Source: the human T2T-CHM13v2.0 reference genome, Homo sapiens
Assembly: GCF_009914755.1 (NCBI RefSeq)
Contig: NC_060927.1
DNA length: 64,000 nucleotides
Strand: one strand, 5' to 3'
This document shows positions 27,615 through 64,000 of this stretch, piece by piece (position 1 is the stretch's first letter; each line of letters starts with the position of its first letter). A model generated the notes under the pieces. The model did not search any database. It worked only from the letters and a program-made list of their open reading frames with translations, and was not told the origin of the DNA. Both the position numbers and the translations under genes were made by a program.

Positions 27615-28204
27615 GTTAATTTAACTTTTCTGAGCTCAGTTTCCTCCTCGTCTGTAAAATGAATATGTAACACCTCACTGAGTTCGTACAAGGATTAAAT
27701 GAAGCACTTAAATGCCTAATTGATGCAGATGGCTCCAAGAATTTAACATTTACGAAATATTCACTATATTTTTTAGGTTAAGGGTACAAAACCATTGTGA
27801 GTACACTAAGGAATGATTATAGAGGCTGATCGAAATTCTGCAAAAAAAGCGTAAATTTTACGTTTCATTCAAGCAGTTCAGACTCACGATTTTAACTAGA
27901 GTAATCTGGGGTTTGTTTGCTTGTTTTTTAAGGTTCCCTAACCCTTGGCTTCTTGGGGAGTTTGATGCCGCACTCAGCCCCAAAGTCCCCCTTAACTCCC
28001 AGGTTTAGCGGCGACAGGGGGCGCGCGGTTGACAAGGGCAGGCGCCCCGGGGAAGTAGGAGCAGGGGCGCCGGTGAGCCGCAGCCGCAGCGGCAGCCTAG
28101 CCCCGAGGGAGGGAGGAGGAGCCGAGGGAGACGCGGGACCCGGAGCCCCGCGGGCCACCGCCCCTGCCGGCCGCGCAGCTGGGAGGATGCGGACGGCAGC
28201 GAGA

Positions 28205-28316
28205 GCGTGCGCGGCCACGTGACGGCCGCTATAAGAGCGCACGGGGCAGACGCTCGGTTCCCCGCCGTGCCTCCTCGCTGGCCGCGCTCCCTCCCGGTGC
28301 CGGCTTCTCTGAGTCA
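28205..28316 (+). promoter_or_regulatory. Core promoter motifs: E-box CACGTG 28216-28221, CRE half-site TGACG 28220-28224, TATA-like TATAAGA 28230-28236, AP-1 TGAGTCA 28310-28316
   Basis: Motifs read directly from the sequence, 45-155 nt upstream of the ATG; function is inferred. Confidence 0.65.
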
Positions 28317-28359
28317 CCAACCTGAGGCTGCCCCGGCCGCCTGCGCACCCGGCAGCACC

Positions 28360-63647
<35,288 letters not shown>

Positions 63648-64000
63648 AAACACTGCATTTTTCTGTGAACACATCCACTTCACAAGCCTTGTTTCTGATA
63701 CTTAGTATCTAGAGCTGGGTTGAGAAAAGTCTGTTACAGTTGCTAGAGGTTTTCATTAAAACTTATCAGATGAGAGGCTTTTTTAGGATAAGAGGTGAGA
63801 ACTGGGCAAAAGTTGTGAAGCAGCAATTCTGTTATATGGACAGTGTTCTGCTTTTTAATCCTATTTAGCTTGTTTCAGAAATTCTCACTTTTGTTGACTG
63901 CCAACATACAAAGTAAGGGAAACTCAAGATATTAAGATGGCTGTATCAGTTCTTAAAATCTGCAGAGCCTGGTTCAAAATCAGTCACTCCCTTCAGAAGC
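63648..64000 (+). other. GYG1: GYG1 3' UTR (probably continues past the window); ATTAAA at 63755-63760
   Basis: Follows the stop codon; a variant polyA hexamer is present, but its use is unknown. Confidence 0.75.

Overview
Primate (almost certainly human) genomic DNA. I recognise the locus as GYG1 (glycogenin-1, 3q24). The right half holds all 8 coding exons of GYG1 on the + strand (ATG 28360, stop 63645-63647, 350 aa), starting from a CpG-island promoter with a TATA-like box. About 3.9 kb upstream, in divergent orientation, is a full-length intronless UBQLN4 retrocopy (20894-24470, - strand; probably the locus annotated UBQLN4P1). Its 601-codon ORF is fully intact, and the insertion junction has created an extra in-frame ATG in a strong Kozak context. 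The retrocopy sits in the tail of an Alu, which itself sits in an old L1. The rest is repeat-rich: about 24 Alus, L1M and L2 fragments, MaLR LTRs, MER DNA transposons and microsatellites. Several repeats have unusual junction structures. Gene names, repeat families and comparisons with parent proteins come from memory, not from database searches.
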